The position numbers and the translations under genes were made by a program. A stretch of DNA of 64,000 bases. Source: a virus. This document shows, piece after piece, positions 47,025-56,320 of this stretch (the first letter of the stretch is position 1; every line of letters begins with the position of its first letter). The notes beneath the pieces were generated by a model. The model did not search any database. It was given only the letters and a program-made list of their open reading frames with translations, and was not told where the DNA came from. The stretch lies in the UHGV virus genome UHGV-0176771, one strand, 5' to 3'.

Positions 47025-47516
47025 GTGTCACACTTAGTTGTGCTGCACACAGGAAATGAACAAAAGAATCAACACATTTTGGATTATTTTGATAAAAAAG
47101 GTATTAAGCATAAGGCAAAAGCTCTGAAGACAGGAGACTATAGTTTTATGATTGAAGCATGTCCAGAGTTGGGTTTTGTGAGAGATACATATTTTACAGA
47201 TGAGCTATGCATTGAGAGAAAAAATTCTATTGGTGAACTTGCAGGAAATATAAAAGAAAAGGATGAGAGGTTCTTCAAAGAATTAAATCGTATGATAAAT
47301 ATTAAAAATACGTATCTTTTAATAGAAAATAATTGTGTAGATGATATCATTGAGCACCGTTATGACTCACAATATAATGAGCTAGCTTTTATAAGAAGAA
47401 TTCTTGGAATACAAAAGACGGCGAATCTATATGTAAATTTCGTTAAGAAAGAGAACATGGGATTTATGATTTACGAAATTTGTTATAGTGCATTAATGAA
47501 TCATATTTTGAAATAA
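47025..47516 (+). CDS. ERCC4/XPF-Mus81-like nuclease (PD-(D/E)xK), possible junction or flap resolvase
   Basis: 163 aa; GDYSF...ELCIERKNSIGELAGNI matches the ERCC4 signature GDY...ERK...DL. GTG start. Confidence 0.4.
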   Translation: MSHLVVLHTGNEQKNQHILDYFDKKGIKHKAKALKTGDYSFMIEACPELGFVRDTYFTDELCIERKNSIGELAGNIKEKDERFFKELNRMINIKNTYLLIENNCVDDIIEHRYDSQYNELAFIRRILGIQKTANLYVNFVKKENMGFMIYEICYSALMNHILK

Positions 47517-47532
47517 AAAAGGAGAGTTGACA

Positions 47533-47763
47533 ATGAACGCAGATAATGTTATTGTGTTAAGTTTTTCAATTTTATTTGTGATATATGCAATTGTTGAAAT
47601 CTTAAATGTTGTGGCAAATGTAAAAGTTAGAAACACTTATTCTGAATATCGAGATTTAATAAAAGAGCAGAATGATTTATTAATTCAAGATATTCATTAC
47701 TTAAAAACACTTCTTGGAATTGCAATCGACAAAGCAGAATCAAATAATAAAGTTGGTGAATAA
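47533..47763 (+). CDS. hypothetical small membrane protein
   Basis: ATG after AAAAGGAGAGTTGACA; one TM helix (VIVLSFSILFVIYAIVEIL). Confidence 0.35.
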   Translation: MNADNVIVLSFSILFVIYAIVEILNVVANVKVRNTYSEYRDLIKEQNDLLIQDIHYLKTLLGIAIDKAESNNKVGE

Positions 47764-47905
47764 GGATGAACAAAATTGAAATTATATTTTGGTTTTTGAT
47801 CTTATTATTTTGTAGTTTGTACATCATTACTTATCTAGTTATGTTATCTAATTTTATACAAGCAGAAAGGTTCGAAAAGAAGATTAGGAAATGGAGAAAT
47901 AGAAA

Positions 47906-48736
47906 ATGAGAACTGAAATTGTATCTTGCAAAGACTATGTAGACATTAAAAAGAAGGAACTAAAAGAAGAGATCAAACATCTTGATAAAAAACCAGTCCT
48001 TGCCGTAATTCAGATTGATGATGATAAGGCTTCAAATTCCTATATTAAAGGAAAGCAAAAAGATTGCGATGAAATCGGAATGGAAATGCGTCATGTAAAT
48101 ATTTATTCCAATGCGGCAGAACAGAAGGAAGTCGAATGTATTATAAAAGATATTGCAAATTCTGACGCAGATGGTATTATTATTCAACTTCCAATTCCAG
48201 ATAAATATGATTTGGAAAGATTACAGAATCTGATTCCGCCAGAAAAAGATGTGGATGGATTTAGAAGAGATAGTTGTTTCAAACCATGTACGCCAAAAGG
48301 AATTATCGATTGGATGGAATACAATGACTTTGAATTTAAAGGCAAAGACTGCTGTGTATTAGGCAGAAGTAAAATTGTTGGACTTCCGTTGACTAATATG
48401 TTGATCGAAAAAGGTGCAACTGTTACATGCTGCAATAGTACGACTCCGAGTACATGGTACTACACTAGACACGCAGATTATGTTTTTTCTGCAGTTGGAA
48501 TTCCAAACTATTTTGATTTTTCTGACTTCACAAATTTATGCGAACTTATTGTAGATATTGGAATTAATCGAGATGAGGATGGAAAATTATGTGGTGATGT
48601 AAACAATGTTGGTTTTGAGAATAGTTTAAATGATACATTTGTTACGCCGGTACCTGGCGGGGTAGGATTACTCACAAGATTGGCATTAATGCAAAATGTT
48701 GTAGATGCATATAAAGTTCAGAAAATGAAAGGATGA
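47906..48736 (+). CDS. folD: bifunctional 5,10-methylene-tetrahydrofolate dehydrogenase / methenyl-THF cyclohydrolase
   Basis: 276 aa; aligns with E. coli FolD throughout: IIQLPIPD (QLPLP), KDVDGF, CTPKGI, VLGRSKIVGLPL, IVDIGIN, TPVPGGVG. Confidence 0.8.
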   Translation: MRTEIVSCKDYVDIKKKELKEEIKHLDKKPVLAVIQIDDDKASNSYIKGKQKDCDEIGMEMRHVNIYSNAAEQKEVECIIKDIANSDADGIIIQLPIPDKYDLERLQNLIPPEKDVDGFRRDSCFKPCTPKGIIDWMEYNDFEFKGKDCCVLGRSKIVGLPLTNMLIEKGATVTCCNSTTPSTWYYTRHADYVFSAVGIPNYFDFSDFTNLCELIVDIGINRDEDGKLCGDVNNVGFENSLNDTFVTPVPGGVGLLTRLALMQNVVDAYKVQKMKG

Positions 48737-48740
48737 TTGA

Positions 48741-49019
48741 ATGTTTAAATTTTTTAAATGTAATCACGAATATAAAGAAGTCGGCAAATATTACACAATC
48801 GTAATGGATTATGACTGTAAACATATTATGGCTGTTTCCGTATCCGAGTGTGCAGTTTGTGGAGAACGAAAATCTGATGTTGTATATGAAGAAACTATTT
48901 CTTCAAATTCAGAATACGAAGTTGATGACGTGATTCAAACATTAGAAGATAGAGGGTTTTGTCCGAAATTAAACTTCATGTTGGATGATTATGAACGAAG
49001 AAAAAATGCAAAGGAGTGA
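48741..49019 (+). CDS. hypothetical zinc-ribbon protein
   Basis: 92 aa; CNHEY...CAVCGERK. Confidence 0.4.
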   Translation: MFKFFKCNHEYKEVGKYYTIVMDYDCKHIMAVSVSECAVCGERKSDVVYEETISSNSEYEVDDVIQTLEDRGFCPKLNFMLDDYERRKNAKE

Positions 49020-49023
49020 TTTG

Positions 49024-50976
49024 ATGGACAAGGTCAAAAGAATTAAAGAGCTTGTAGAGCAGCTAAACGAATATAGAGATGCTTACTATAATGAAGCAAG
49101 ATCTGATGTTTCTGATGCAGAATACGATAGATTATTCGATGAATTATCGGAGCTTGAAAATGAAACTGGTGTTGTGTATACGAATTCGCCAACACAGTCC
49201 GTTGGGTATGAGGTGAAATCTGAACTAGAAAAGGTTAAACATTCCCATCCAATGCTATCACTTGATAAAACAAAATCTGTAGATGATTTAGTAAAATTTG
49301 CTAGAGATAAAGACTGTATTTTAAGTCTGAAAATGGATGGATTGACATGTCTTCTTACATATGAAAATGGAGAGTTGGTTCAGGCAGAAACTCGTGGAGA
49401 TGGAGAGATTGGTGAATTAATTACTCACAATGCAAGAGTATTTGATAATATTCCGTTATCGATTGATTATAAAGGTCATTTTGAAATCGAAGGAGAAGCT
49501 ATTATTACATATGAAGACTTTGACAAAATCAATAAGTCATTGCCAGACGATAAAAAATATAAGAATCCGAGAAATTTAGCTTCTGGATCTGTACGACAAT
49601 TAGACAGTAAAATTGCAGCACAACGTCATATCAAATTTATTGCGTGGAAAGTGCCAACAGATATTGCGTCAAGTAGTTTTATCAATAGATTGCAGTATGC
49701 TGTAGAATTGGGATTTGACACTGTTCCGCTTTTGCCTATTCGTGGAAATTGCAATGCTGAATTTATTAATATTGTGGTAGAACAATTACGAAAACGTGCA
49801 AATGAAAAGAGCTTTCCGATTGATGGCTTAGTGGCAACGTACAATGATATTACATACGGAGAGTCACTTGGAATGACAGGTCATCATCCCAAACATTCTA
49901 TTGCATTTAAATTCGCAGAGGACTCAGAAGAAACTGTATTGAGAGAAATTGAATGGAGTATGGGCAAGACAGGAACTCTTACGCCAGTAGCAATTTTTGA
50001 TTCAGTTGATTTGGCAGGAACATCAGTGAGTAGAGCTTCATTGCACAACATTAGTATTATGAAAGAATTGAATATTTCTATCGGATCAACAGTAACAGTT
50101 GTAAAGAAGAATGAAATTATTCCACAGATTATTTCCTGCGATGCAAATGCTATGGATGCAGATATTCCTACAACATGTCCTGTATGTGGCGGAGAGACTC
50201 GGATTGTAAAAGAAAACGATTCAGAAGTTTTAATGTGTGTTAATCCTCATTGTAAAGGCAAGCTACTAGGAAGAGTTTCTCATTTTGTTTCCAAGAAAGG
50301 TATGGATATCTCAGGTTTGTCAGAAGAAACAATTAAGAAACTCATTGAACTTGGATGGATTGCAGAGATTACAGACATCTACAATCTTGACCAGTATTAT
50401 GATAGGCTTTCTACGATGTCTGGATTTGGAAAGAAATCAGTAGACAAGTTAAGAAAATCAATTGAAAACAGCAAAACCGTAAGATTGGATAAATTTATTG
50501 CATCATTAAGTATTCCTGGGATTGGAACATCACAGTCAAAAGAGCTGGTTAAAGCTTTTGGTGCATGGGACAAGTTTAGGGATGCCAGCGTTGGTTATTA
50601 TAACTTTACGCAGCTTGACGGTTTTGGAGACGTATTAAATAACAATATTCATTCTTGGTTTGAAGATATGAGTAATATTGCAGATTATCTTGCTTCTCTT
50701 ATGACGTTTGAATCAGAAGACAATTCTAAAACAAGCAATTCTTTGAATGGCAAATCATTTGTTGTTACCGGAAAAGTATATAAATTCAAAAATCGTGATG
50801 AAGTAAAAGAAGCTATTGAAAAATTCGGTGGGAAAGTAACAGGTTCTGTAACAAAATCCACATTTGCTTTAATCAATAACGATATAGAATCCAATAGCAG
50901 TAAAAATAAAAAAGCAAAGGAACTTGGTGTTCAGATTATTAACGAAGAACAGTTAATTGAGATGTTGGGCATGTAG
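49024..50976 (+). CDS. ligA: NAD+-dependent DNA ligase
   Basis: ATG after AAAGGAGTGATTTG; adenylation motif LKMDGLTC (KxDG); Zn finger CPVCGGE...C..C; HhH region; C-terminal BRCT-like FVVTGKVYKF...; about 650 aa. Confidence 0.85.
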   Translation: MDKVKRIKELVEQLNEYRDAYYNEARSDVSDAEYDRLFDELSELENETGVVYTNSPTQSVGYEVKSELEKVKHSHPMLSLDKTKSVDDLVKFARDKDCILSLKMDGLTCLLTYENGELVQAETRGDGEIGELITHNARVFDNIPLSIDYKGHFEIEGEAIITYEDFDKINKSLPDDKKYKNPRNLASGSVRQLDSKIAAQRHIKFIAWKVPTDIASSSFINRLQYAVELGFDTVPLLPIRGNCNAEFINIVVEQLRKRANEKSFPIDGLVATYNDITYGESLGMTGHHPKHSIAFKFAEDSEETVLREIEWSMGKTGTLTPVAIFDSVDLAGTSVSRASLHNISIMKELNISIGSTVTVVKKNEIIPQIISCDANAMDADIPTTCPVCGGETRIVKENDSEVLMCVNPHCKGKLLGRVSHFVSKKGMDISGLSEETIKKLIELGWIAEITDIYNLDQYYDRLSTMSGFGKKSVDKLRKSIENSKTVRLDKFIASLSIPGIGTSQSKELVKAFGAWDKFRDASVGYYNFTQLDGFGDVLNNNIHSWFEDMSNIADYLASLMTFESEDNSKTSNSLNGKSFVVTGKVYKFKNRDEVKEAIEKFGGKVTGSVTKSTFALINNDIESNSSKNKKAKELGVQIINEEQLIEMLGM

Positions 50977-51023
50977 TTATTCTGCATACCGAAACAACAT
51001 TATAATAGGAAGGAGTTTTGATT

Positions 51024-51263
51024 ATGGAAATTAGAATTAAATTAAATACTGTAAAAAATGCAATGCTATTTGCAACGGTTTGTGACAATTATGAAGAAGA
51101 CATTGATTATATTTGTGGGAGATATCAGATTGATGCTAAATCAATTCTTGGGATTATGGGAATTGGACTCGAAAGAGAATGCACAGTTGTGTTCCATTCA
51201 GAAGATGAGTATGTAAAAAATAAATTTAAAGAAGATATGAAACTATGGATTGTGGAGGAATAA
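51024..51263 (+). CDS. HPr-like phosphocarrier-fold protein lacking His15 (Crh-like)
   Basis: 79 aa after AGGAAGGAG; aligns to HPr: IKLNTVKNAMLFATV (His15 replaced by Lys) ... IDAKSILGIMGIGL (the Ser46 region LKSIMGVMSLG is conserved) ... TVVFHSEDE. Confidence 0.55.
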   Translation: MEIRIKLNTVKNAMLFATVCDNYEEDIDYICGRYQIDAKSILGIMGIGLERECTVVFHSEDEYVKNKFKEDMKLWIVEE

Positions 51264-51266
51264 TTT

Positions 51267-51914
51267 ATGAATAAACCCGATTTATCAAAAATGCGCGTAG
51301 AAATCAAATGGGCTGAAGATATGTGGCAGCAGATTAAAGATGCAACAATGACTACGATTGGGAAAGACAAAGGTTCTTATCCTGATCATGATTGGAAGTT
51401 GAAACTTTTAATGGCTGAGCATTCTCCAATTAGACTTGGTTCTGTTATCGTAAAAATTTACGATGCACCTCAATTTGTGCATGGACATTTAGTACGTCAT
51501 TCCAATGGTGCCATCCCATTTGATCCTAGTGGAATCGTTCCGTTTGTATCATCGCTCAGAAGTGACAGAAATGATTATGATGAAGTGCCAAACAGAAATA
51601 CATTACAGAGTGCTACATATTACTTTAATTTTCAGGCATTGATTAATGTATCACGAAGGAGATTGTGCAATTGTGCAAGCTATGAGACAAGGAAGGCGTT
51701 TGGAATGATTAGAGACGAAATTGTTAAATTTGAGCCAGAAGCAGCAAGCAGAATGGTTAAAGAATGTGTGTATAGAAATGGTCTGTGTCCGGAAATGTTT
51801 ACGTGCAAATATAATAAAACGAAAGCATTTGAAGAGGAACTAAAGGAATATATTAAAGGATTTGAAAACCAAATCTGCGATAAAACTAATATTAGAAAAG
51901 GGATGGACGAATAA
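51267..51914 (+). CDS. ThyX-like (flavin-dependent thymidylate synthase family) protein, divergent
   Basis: 215 aa; EHSP..., HGHLVRHSNGA (the ThyX RHR region reads RHS here), and NFQALINVSRRRL (compare NARSLMNFLNLR). The canonical RHRxxxxxxxSxR motif is degenerate. Confidence 0.45.
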   Translation: MNKPDLSKMRVEIKWAEDMWQQIKDATMTTIGKDKGSYPDHDWKLKLLMAEHSPIRLGSVIVKIYDAPQFVHGHLVRHSNGAIPFDPSGIVPFVSSLRSDRNDYDEVPNRNTLQSATYYFNFQALINVSRRRLCNCASYETRKAFGMIRDEIVKFEPEAASRMVKECVYRNGLCPEMFTCKYNKTKAFEEELKEYIKGFENQICDKTNIRKGMDE

Positions 51915-52040
51915 TGTCAGATGCAATTTATTATTGTAAACATGAAGAAAATGATTGTCCTGTAAAAGATACATGTGAAAGATATGTGGATGCAGAACAG
52001 CACCAATTATTGCAGAAGAATCAGAGGTGAAATCTGAATA

Positions 52041-52595
52041 ATGGCGATTATTATTTTTGGGAAAACAGCAAGCGGGAAAAGCAGAATTGTGAATGAGCTT
52101 GTGAAAAGAGGATATAAAAAGATTGTAACGACTACAACAAGACCAGCAAGAAAAGGTGAAGTTGACGGAATTGATTACAACTTTATTACCGATGATGAAT
52201 TTAAAGAGCTTATTAATACAAGATATTTTGCAGAGTGGAAGAAATATGACACAGTAGACGGAACGTGGTATTATGGTTCTCCGCTCGATGAAATATCCAG
52301 ATCTGATAACAAATCAATCGTGATTCTAACTCCGGATGGTTATAGAGATATCAAAGATGAGTTAGATGAACACATTTCTATTTATATATACGCAAATAAT
52401 AAGACAATTCGAAACAGATTATCCAAACGTGGAGATAAAAAAGAAGAAGCTGATCGTAGGATTTTACATGACAATAAAGATTTTAAAGGTGCGGAAGAAT
52501 TAGCAGATAGAATCTTTTATAACAACGACGGTAAAAATATCGATGATTTAGTAGATGAAATATTTGAATATTTAAAAACGAGAGAGGGAGAATAA
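52041..52595 (+). CDS. guanylate kinase-like nucleoside monophosphate kinase
   Basis: P-loop IIFGKTASGKS; TTTRPARKGEVDGIDYNFI matches the Gmk motif TTR.pR.GE.dG.dY.F; 184 aa. Confidence 0.65.
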   Translation: MAIIIFGKTASGKSRIVNELVKRGYKKIVTTTTRPARKGEVDGIDYNFITDDEFKELINTRYFAEWKKYDTVDGTWYYGSPLDEISRSDNKSIVILTPDGYRDIKDELDEHISIYIYANNKTIRNRLSKRGDKKEEADRRILHDNKDFKGAEELADRIFYNNDGKNIDDLVDEIFEYLKTREGE

Positions 52596-52596
52596 A

Positions 52597-52788
52597 TTGA
52601 TTAGAACAAGTGGGATGTTGATGAGAGAGTTAGGGATGTATCCTGACGATTTCATCACAGTTAGATTAGGAGAAGAAGAATATGTAATTGATAGTATTGG
52701 ACACACGAAAACACATGGAAATATTGATGACACCTCTCATTTATGTTTAAACGTGAGAGATGGTGGTAGTGGTTTTGTTAGGAGGTGA
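52597..52788 (+). CDS. hypothetical protein
   Basis: 63 aa; TTG start after GAGAGGGAGAATAAA. Confidence 0.3.
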   Translation: MIRTSGMLMRELGMYPDDFITVRLGEEEYVIDSIGHTKTHGNIDDTSHLCLNVRDGGSGFVRR

Positions 52789-52795
52789 AACGAAC

Positions 52796-53080
52796 ATGGA
52801 TTTTAATCAACTGGGTACAGTAATTTTCGCAATCGGTACAACAATGTGGATCCCAATCTGGGCGCTGTTTGAAGGTGTTGCAAAATGTATTCGTGCATTC
52901 AAAGGTACAGATGTGACTATGGAAGAGTTTAGAAGTAACAAAAGTCATGATGAATGGTCTGATTCTGATGATGAAGATTTGGAAGAAAACAAACCGAAAG
53001 AAGCGAATAATGTAACGGAACAGAAAACCAAAAGAACTAGAACTACAACGAAGACAGCAAAAGATAGTTCTCAGAAGTAA
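52796..53080 (+). CDS. hypothetical membrane-anchored protein
   Basis: ATG after AGGAGGTGAAACGAAC; N-terminal TM helix, then an acidic/basic low-complexity tail. Confidence 0.4.
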   Translation: MDFNQLGTVIFAIGTTMWIPIWALFEGVAKCIRAFKGTDVTMEEFRSNKSHDEWSDSDDEDLEENKPKEANNVTEQKTKRTRTTTKTAKDSSQK

Positions 53081-53098
53081 GAAAGGATGATGTGATTA

Positions 53099-55270
53099 AT
53101 GAAAGTAATTAAGAGAGATTGTACAGAGGCAAGATTTGAAAAGAAGAAAATTTATGATGCTATTATGAAAGCTATGAAAAATGGTAGTGGTATCATTAAG
53201 CCTAAAATTGCAGAATCTATTGCGGATGAAATTTATGAAGAAAATAAGGACAAATCAGATATAAGCATTTCTGAAATTGAATCGTTGGTATATGACAAGT
53301 TGATCACTAAAAAGCAAAGGCTAACGGCAAAAGCATATGAGGGATATAGAAGTATCCGAGAATTTCAAAGAGAAAATATGAATACAACAGATGAACAGAT
53401 CTCAGAGCTTTTGAGTGGATCAAGCGATTATTGGAATAATGAGAATTCAAATAAAAATCCAAAATTGCTCACAACTCAGAGAGATTATATGGCTGGGATT
53501 TTAAGCACGGATATCACAAGAAGGTTTTTACTTCCTCCTGAAATTGTACAAGCACATGATGAAGGGATGATACATTTTCATGATGCAGATTATTACGCAC
53601 AGAATGCAATTTCAAACTGCTGCTTGATTAATCTTGAAGATATGTTGCAGAACGGAACATGTATTAATAAGGTAACGATTGACAAACCACATAGGCTAAT
53701 TACTGCAACCACAATTGCAACACAAATCATAACTGCAGTTACGTCAAGTCAGTATGGGGGCGCTACGATTACATTAACACATTTAGCTCCGTTTGTAAGA
53801 GATAGCTTTAATATCTATATGGAGAAATATAAAAACAGAGGATTGTCTTATCAGCAATGTCTTGAATTTTCGAGAGAAGATATTAAAAAAGAAATTGCAG
53901 ATTCAGTACAGACCTTCAATTATCAGGTAAATTCTATGACGACAACAAATGGACAAAGCCCCTTCCTCAGCGTATTTATGTATATTGGAGAAACTGAAGA
54001 GTATAAAGAAGAACTTGCAATGCTTATTGAAGAATTTTTAAAGCAAAGAATCCAAGGATTAAAAAATGAAGAAGGCGTATATGTTACACAGGCTTTCCCC
54101 AAATTATTATACGTGTTAGAGCCATGTAATATTGACAAAGACGGAAGTTACTTCTATTTGACAAAACTGGCAGCAGAATGTACAGCAAAGAGAATGGTTC
54201 CTGATTATATTTCCGAAAAAATTATGCTTGAAAACAAGATTGATAAAAATGGAAATGGAAATGTTTATGGATGCATGGGCTGCAGAAGCTTTCTTACCAC
54301 ATACATTAACAAGTCTGGTAAACCGCAGTATTATGGACGGTTTAATCAAGGCGTTGTTACATTAAATTTAGTAGATATTGCATTGTCATCTGGAGGAGAC
54401 ATGGATTCGTTTTGGACGATTTTTGATGAAAGAACGGAATTGTGCCACAAAGCATTGCGTCTTAGACATGAAAGACTGGAGGGTACTTTATCAGACGTGG
54501 CACCTGTTTTATATCAAGACGGAGCATTTGCAAGACTTAAAAAAGGAGAGAAGATTGACGAGCTTTTGCATAATGGATATTCAACAATTTCTCTTGGATA
54601 CGCCGGGTTATACGAATGTGTAAAATACATGACAGGCAATTCTCACACTGACAATGGAGTCGGAACATCATTTGGATTGGAAGTTATGAGCAAGCTTAAT
54701 GATAAATGTAGTGAATGGAAAGGAAAAGAAAACATTGATTACAGTTTATATGGCAGTCCTATTGAATCAACAACATATAAATTTGCCAAATGTTTAAAGA
54801 AAAGATTTGGAGTGATTGATGGAATTACAGATAGAGACTATATTACAAATTCATATCATGTTCCTGTATTTGAAGAGATTGATCCGTTTGAGAAATTAGA
54901 GTTAGAGAGTAAATTTCAGAAGTTAAGTCCGGGTGGTGCAATCAGCTATGTAGAATGTGCAGATCTAACTAGAAATACAGATGTAGTAATTGAAATTATG
55001 AAATTTATTTATGAGCATATCATGTATGCGGAGTTAAATACTAAATCTGATTATTGCCAGGAATGTGGTTATGACGGTGAGATTAAAATTATTGATGAAG
55101 ATGGAGAACTTATCTGGGAATGTCCGAATTGTGGTAACAGAAATAAAGATAAGATGAATGTCACTAGAAGAACATGTGGATATATTGGTACAAATTTCTG
55201 GAATCAAGGAAGAACAGAAGAGATCAAAGAAAGATATGTTCATGTAGACGACCATGAAGCGGAGGTATAA
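53099..55270 (+). CDS. nrdD: anaerobic ribonucleoside-triphosphate reductase
   Basis: 723 aa; N-terminal ATP-cone (VIKRDCTEARFEKKKIYDAI); C-terminal Zn ribbon CQECGYDGE...CPNCGN; glycyl-radical motif TRRTCGYIG. Confidence 0.9.
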   Translation: MKVIKRDCTEARFEKKKIYDAIMKAMKNGSGIIKPKIAESIADEIYEENKDKSDISISEIESLVYDKLITKKQRLTAKAYEGYRSIREFQRENMNTTDEQISELLSGSSDYWNNENSNKNPKLLTTQRDYMAGILSTDITRRFLLPPEIVQAHDEGMIHFHDADYYAQNAISNCCLINLEDMLQNGTCINKVTIDKPHRLITATTIATQIITAVTSSQYGGATITLTHLAPFVRDSFNIYMEKYKNRGLSYQQCLEFSREDIKKEIADSVQTFNYQVNSMTTTNGQSPFLSVFMYIGETEEYKEELAMLIEEFLKQRIQGLKNEEGVYVTQAFPKLLYVLEPCNIDKDGSYFYLTKLAAECTAKRMVPDYISEKIMLENKIDKNGNGNVYGCMGCRSFLTTYINKSGKPQYYGRFNQGVVTLNLVDIALSSGGDMDSFWTIFDERTELCHKALRLRHERLEGTLSDVAPVLYQDGAFARLKKGEKIDELLHNGYSTISLGYAGLYECVKYMTGNSHTDNGVGTSFGLEVMSKLNDKCSEWKGKENIDYSLYGSPIESTTYKFAKCLKKRFGVIDGITDRDYITNSYHVPVFEEIDPFEKLELESKFQKLSPGGAISYVECADLTRNTDVVIEIMKFIYEHIMYAELNTKSDYCQECGYDGEIKIIDEDGELIWECPNCGNRNKDKMNVTRRTCGYIGTNFWNQGRTEEIKERYVHVDDHEAEV

Positions 55271-55273
55271 ATA

Positions 55274-55918
55274 GTGAGATATGCATCAATAAGGAAGCTT
55301 GACATTTCCAACGGAGAGGGTATTGGTGCATCTCTCTTCGTTCAAGGATGTCATTTTCATTGCGAGAATTGTTTTAACAAGGATACGTGGGATTTTGATG
55401 GTGGAAAAGAGTGGACAAAAGATGTTAAGAAAAAATTTATGCAATTAACGGAATCGTCATACATAAAAAGGATTAGCATTCTCGGAGGAGAGCCACTCGC
55501 AAATGAAAATCTTAAAGATGTTTTTGACTTGATTACAGACTTACGGTCAAAGTATCCAATAAAAAGAAAAATAGGCACAATATATAGTTGTGGAAACAAT
55601 TATAAACACAATATATTGACAAGAAATTCGGATGAAGTTCGTCTTTTATATCCAGAAAAAACAATCTGGCTGTATTCTGGATTTACATGGGAACAGATTA
55701 TGTATCCGGTTGTTACAGATGACTTCAATCCAGAACGAGATGAACTTTTAAAAATGCGCCGAGAAATTGTAAAACAGTGTGATGTACTTGTAGATGGGCG
55801 CTATGAAGAAGACAAGAGAGATGTTACATATCACTGGGCAGGCAGTACAAACCAGAGAGTGATTGATGTCAAGAAAACATTAGAGCAAGGAAGTGTGGTT
55901 CTATGGGAGAATCAGTAA
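55274..55918 (+). CDS. nrdG: anaerobic ribonucleotide reductase activating protein (radical SAM)
   Basis: GTG after GGAGGTATAAATA; VQGCHFHCENCFN (CxxxCxxC); ILGGEPL; directly downstream of nrdD. Confidence 0.85.
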   Translation: MRYASIRKLDISNGEGIGASLFVQGCHFHCENCFNKDTWDFDGGKEWTKDVKKKFMQLTESSYIKRISILGGEPLANENLKDVFDLITDLRSKYPIKRKIGTIYSCGNNYKHNILTRNSDEVRLLYPEKTIWLYSGFTWEQIMYPVVTDDFNPERDELLKMRREIVKQCDVLVDGRYEEDKRDVTYHWAGSTNQRVIDVKKTLEQGSVVLWENQ

Positions 55919-56178
55919 AAGTAAAAGATATTCTGTATTATGCAAGAATCATTCCTACGGTTGGCATATTTGATGTATGCCAACTTATAATCAGAACAGT
56001 AAGAAAAGATTATTTTGTTGGATGCGACAAAGTAGACAAACATGCTTATCTATTTAATTATTCTGATTTAGGAGAAGTCGTGTTTCACGATCGTAAACAA
56101 GCATTAAATAAAGTTCTTGCTGCAGAGGCGAATAATAAAAAGAAAATAAGTAAAGAGACATTTTACGAGGAATATTGA
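55903..56178 (+). CDS. hypothetical protein
   Basis: 91-aa ORF overlapping the nrdG end. Confidence 0.4.
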   Translation: MGESVKVKDILYYARIIPTVGIFDVCQLIIRTVRKDYFVGCDKVDKHAYLFNYSDLGEVVFHDRKQALNKVLAAEANNKKKISKETFYEEY

Positions 56179-56292
56179 TATGAGTGGATTTATAGGATTT
56201 ATGGTTGGATTTTTTATTGGAGTAGCTGCTAGCTTGTTTGCTATTTCTCTATGTGCTGCTTCAGATAAAAGAGAAGAATTTTATGACGAATA
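56179..56292 (+). CDS. small hydrophobic peptide
   Basis: 37-aa ORF (MSGFIGFMVGFFIGVAASLFAISLCAASDKREEFYDE), not in the track; a single TM helix. Confidence 0.25.
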
Positions 56293-56320
56293 GGATGGTG
56301 ATAGATAGTTGTCATACTTG

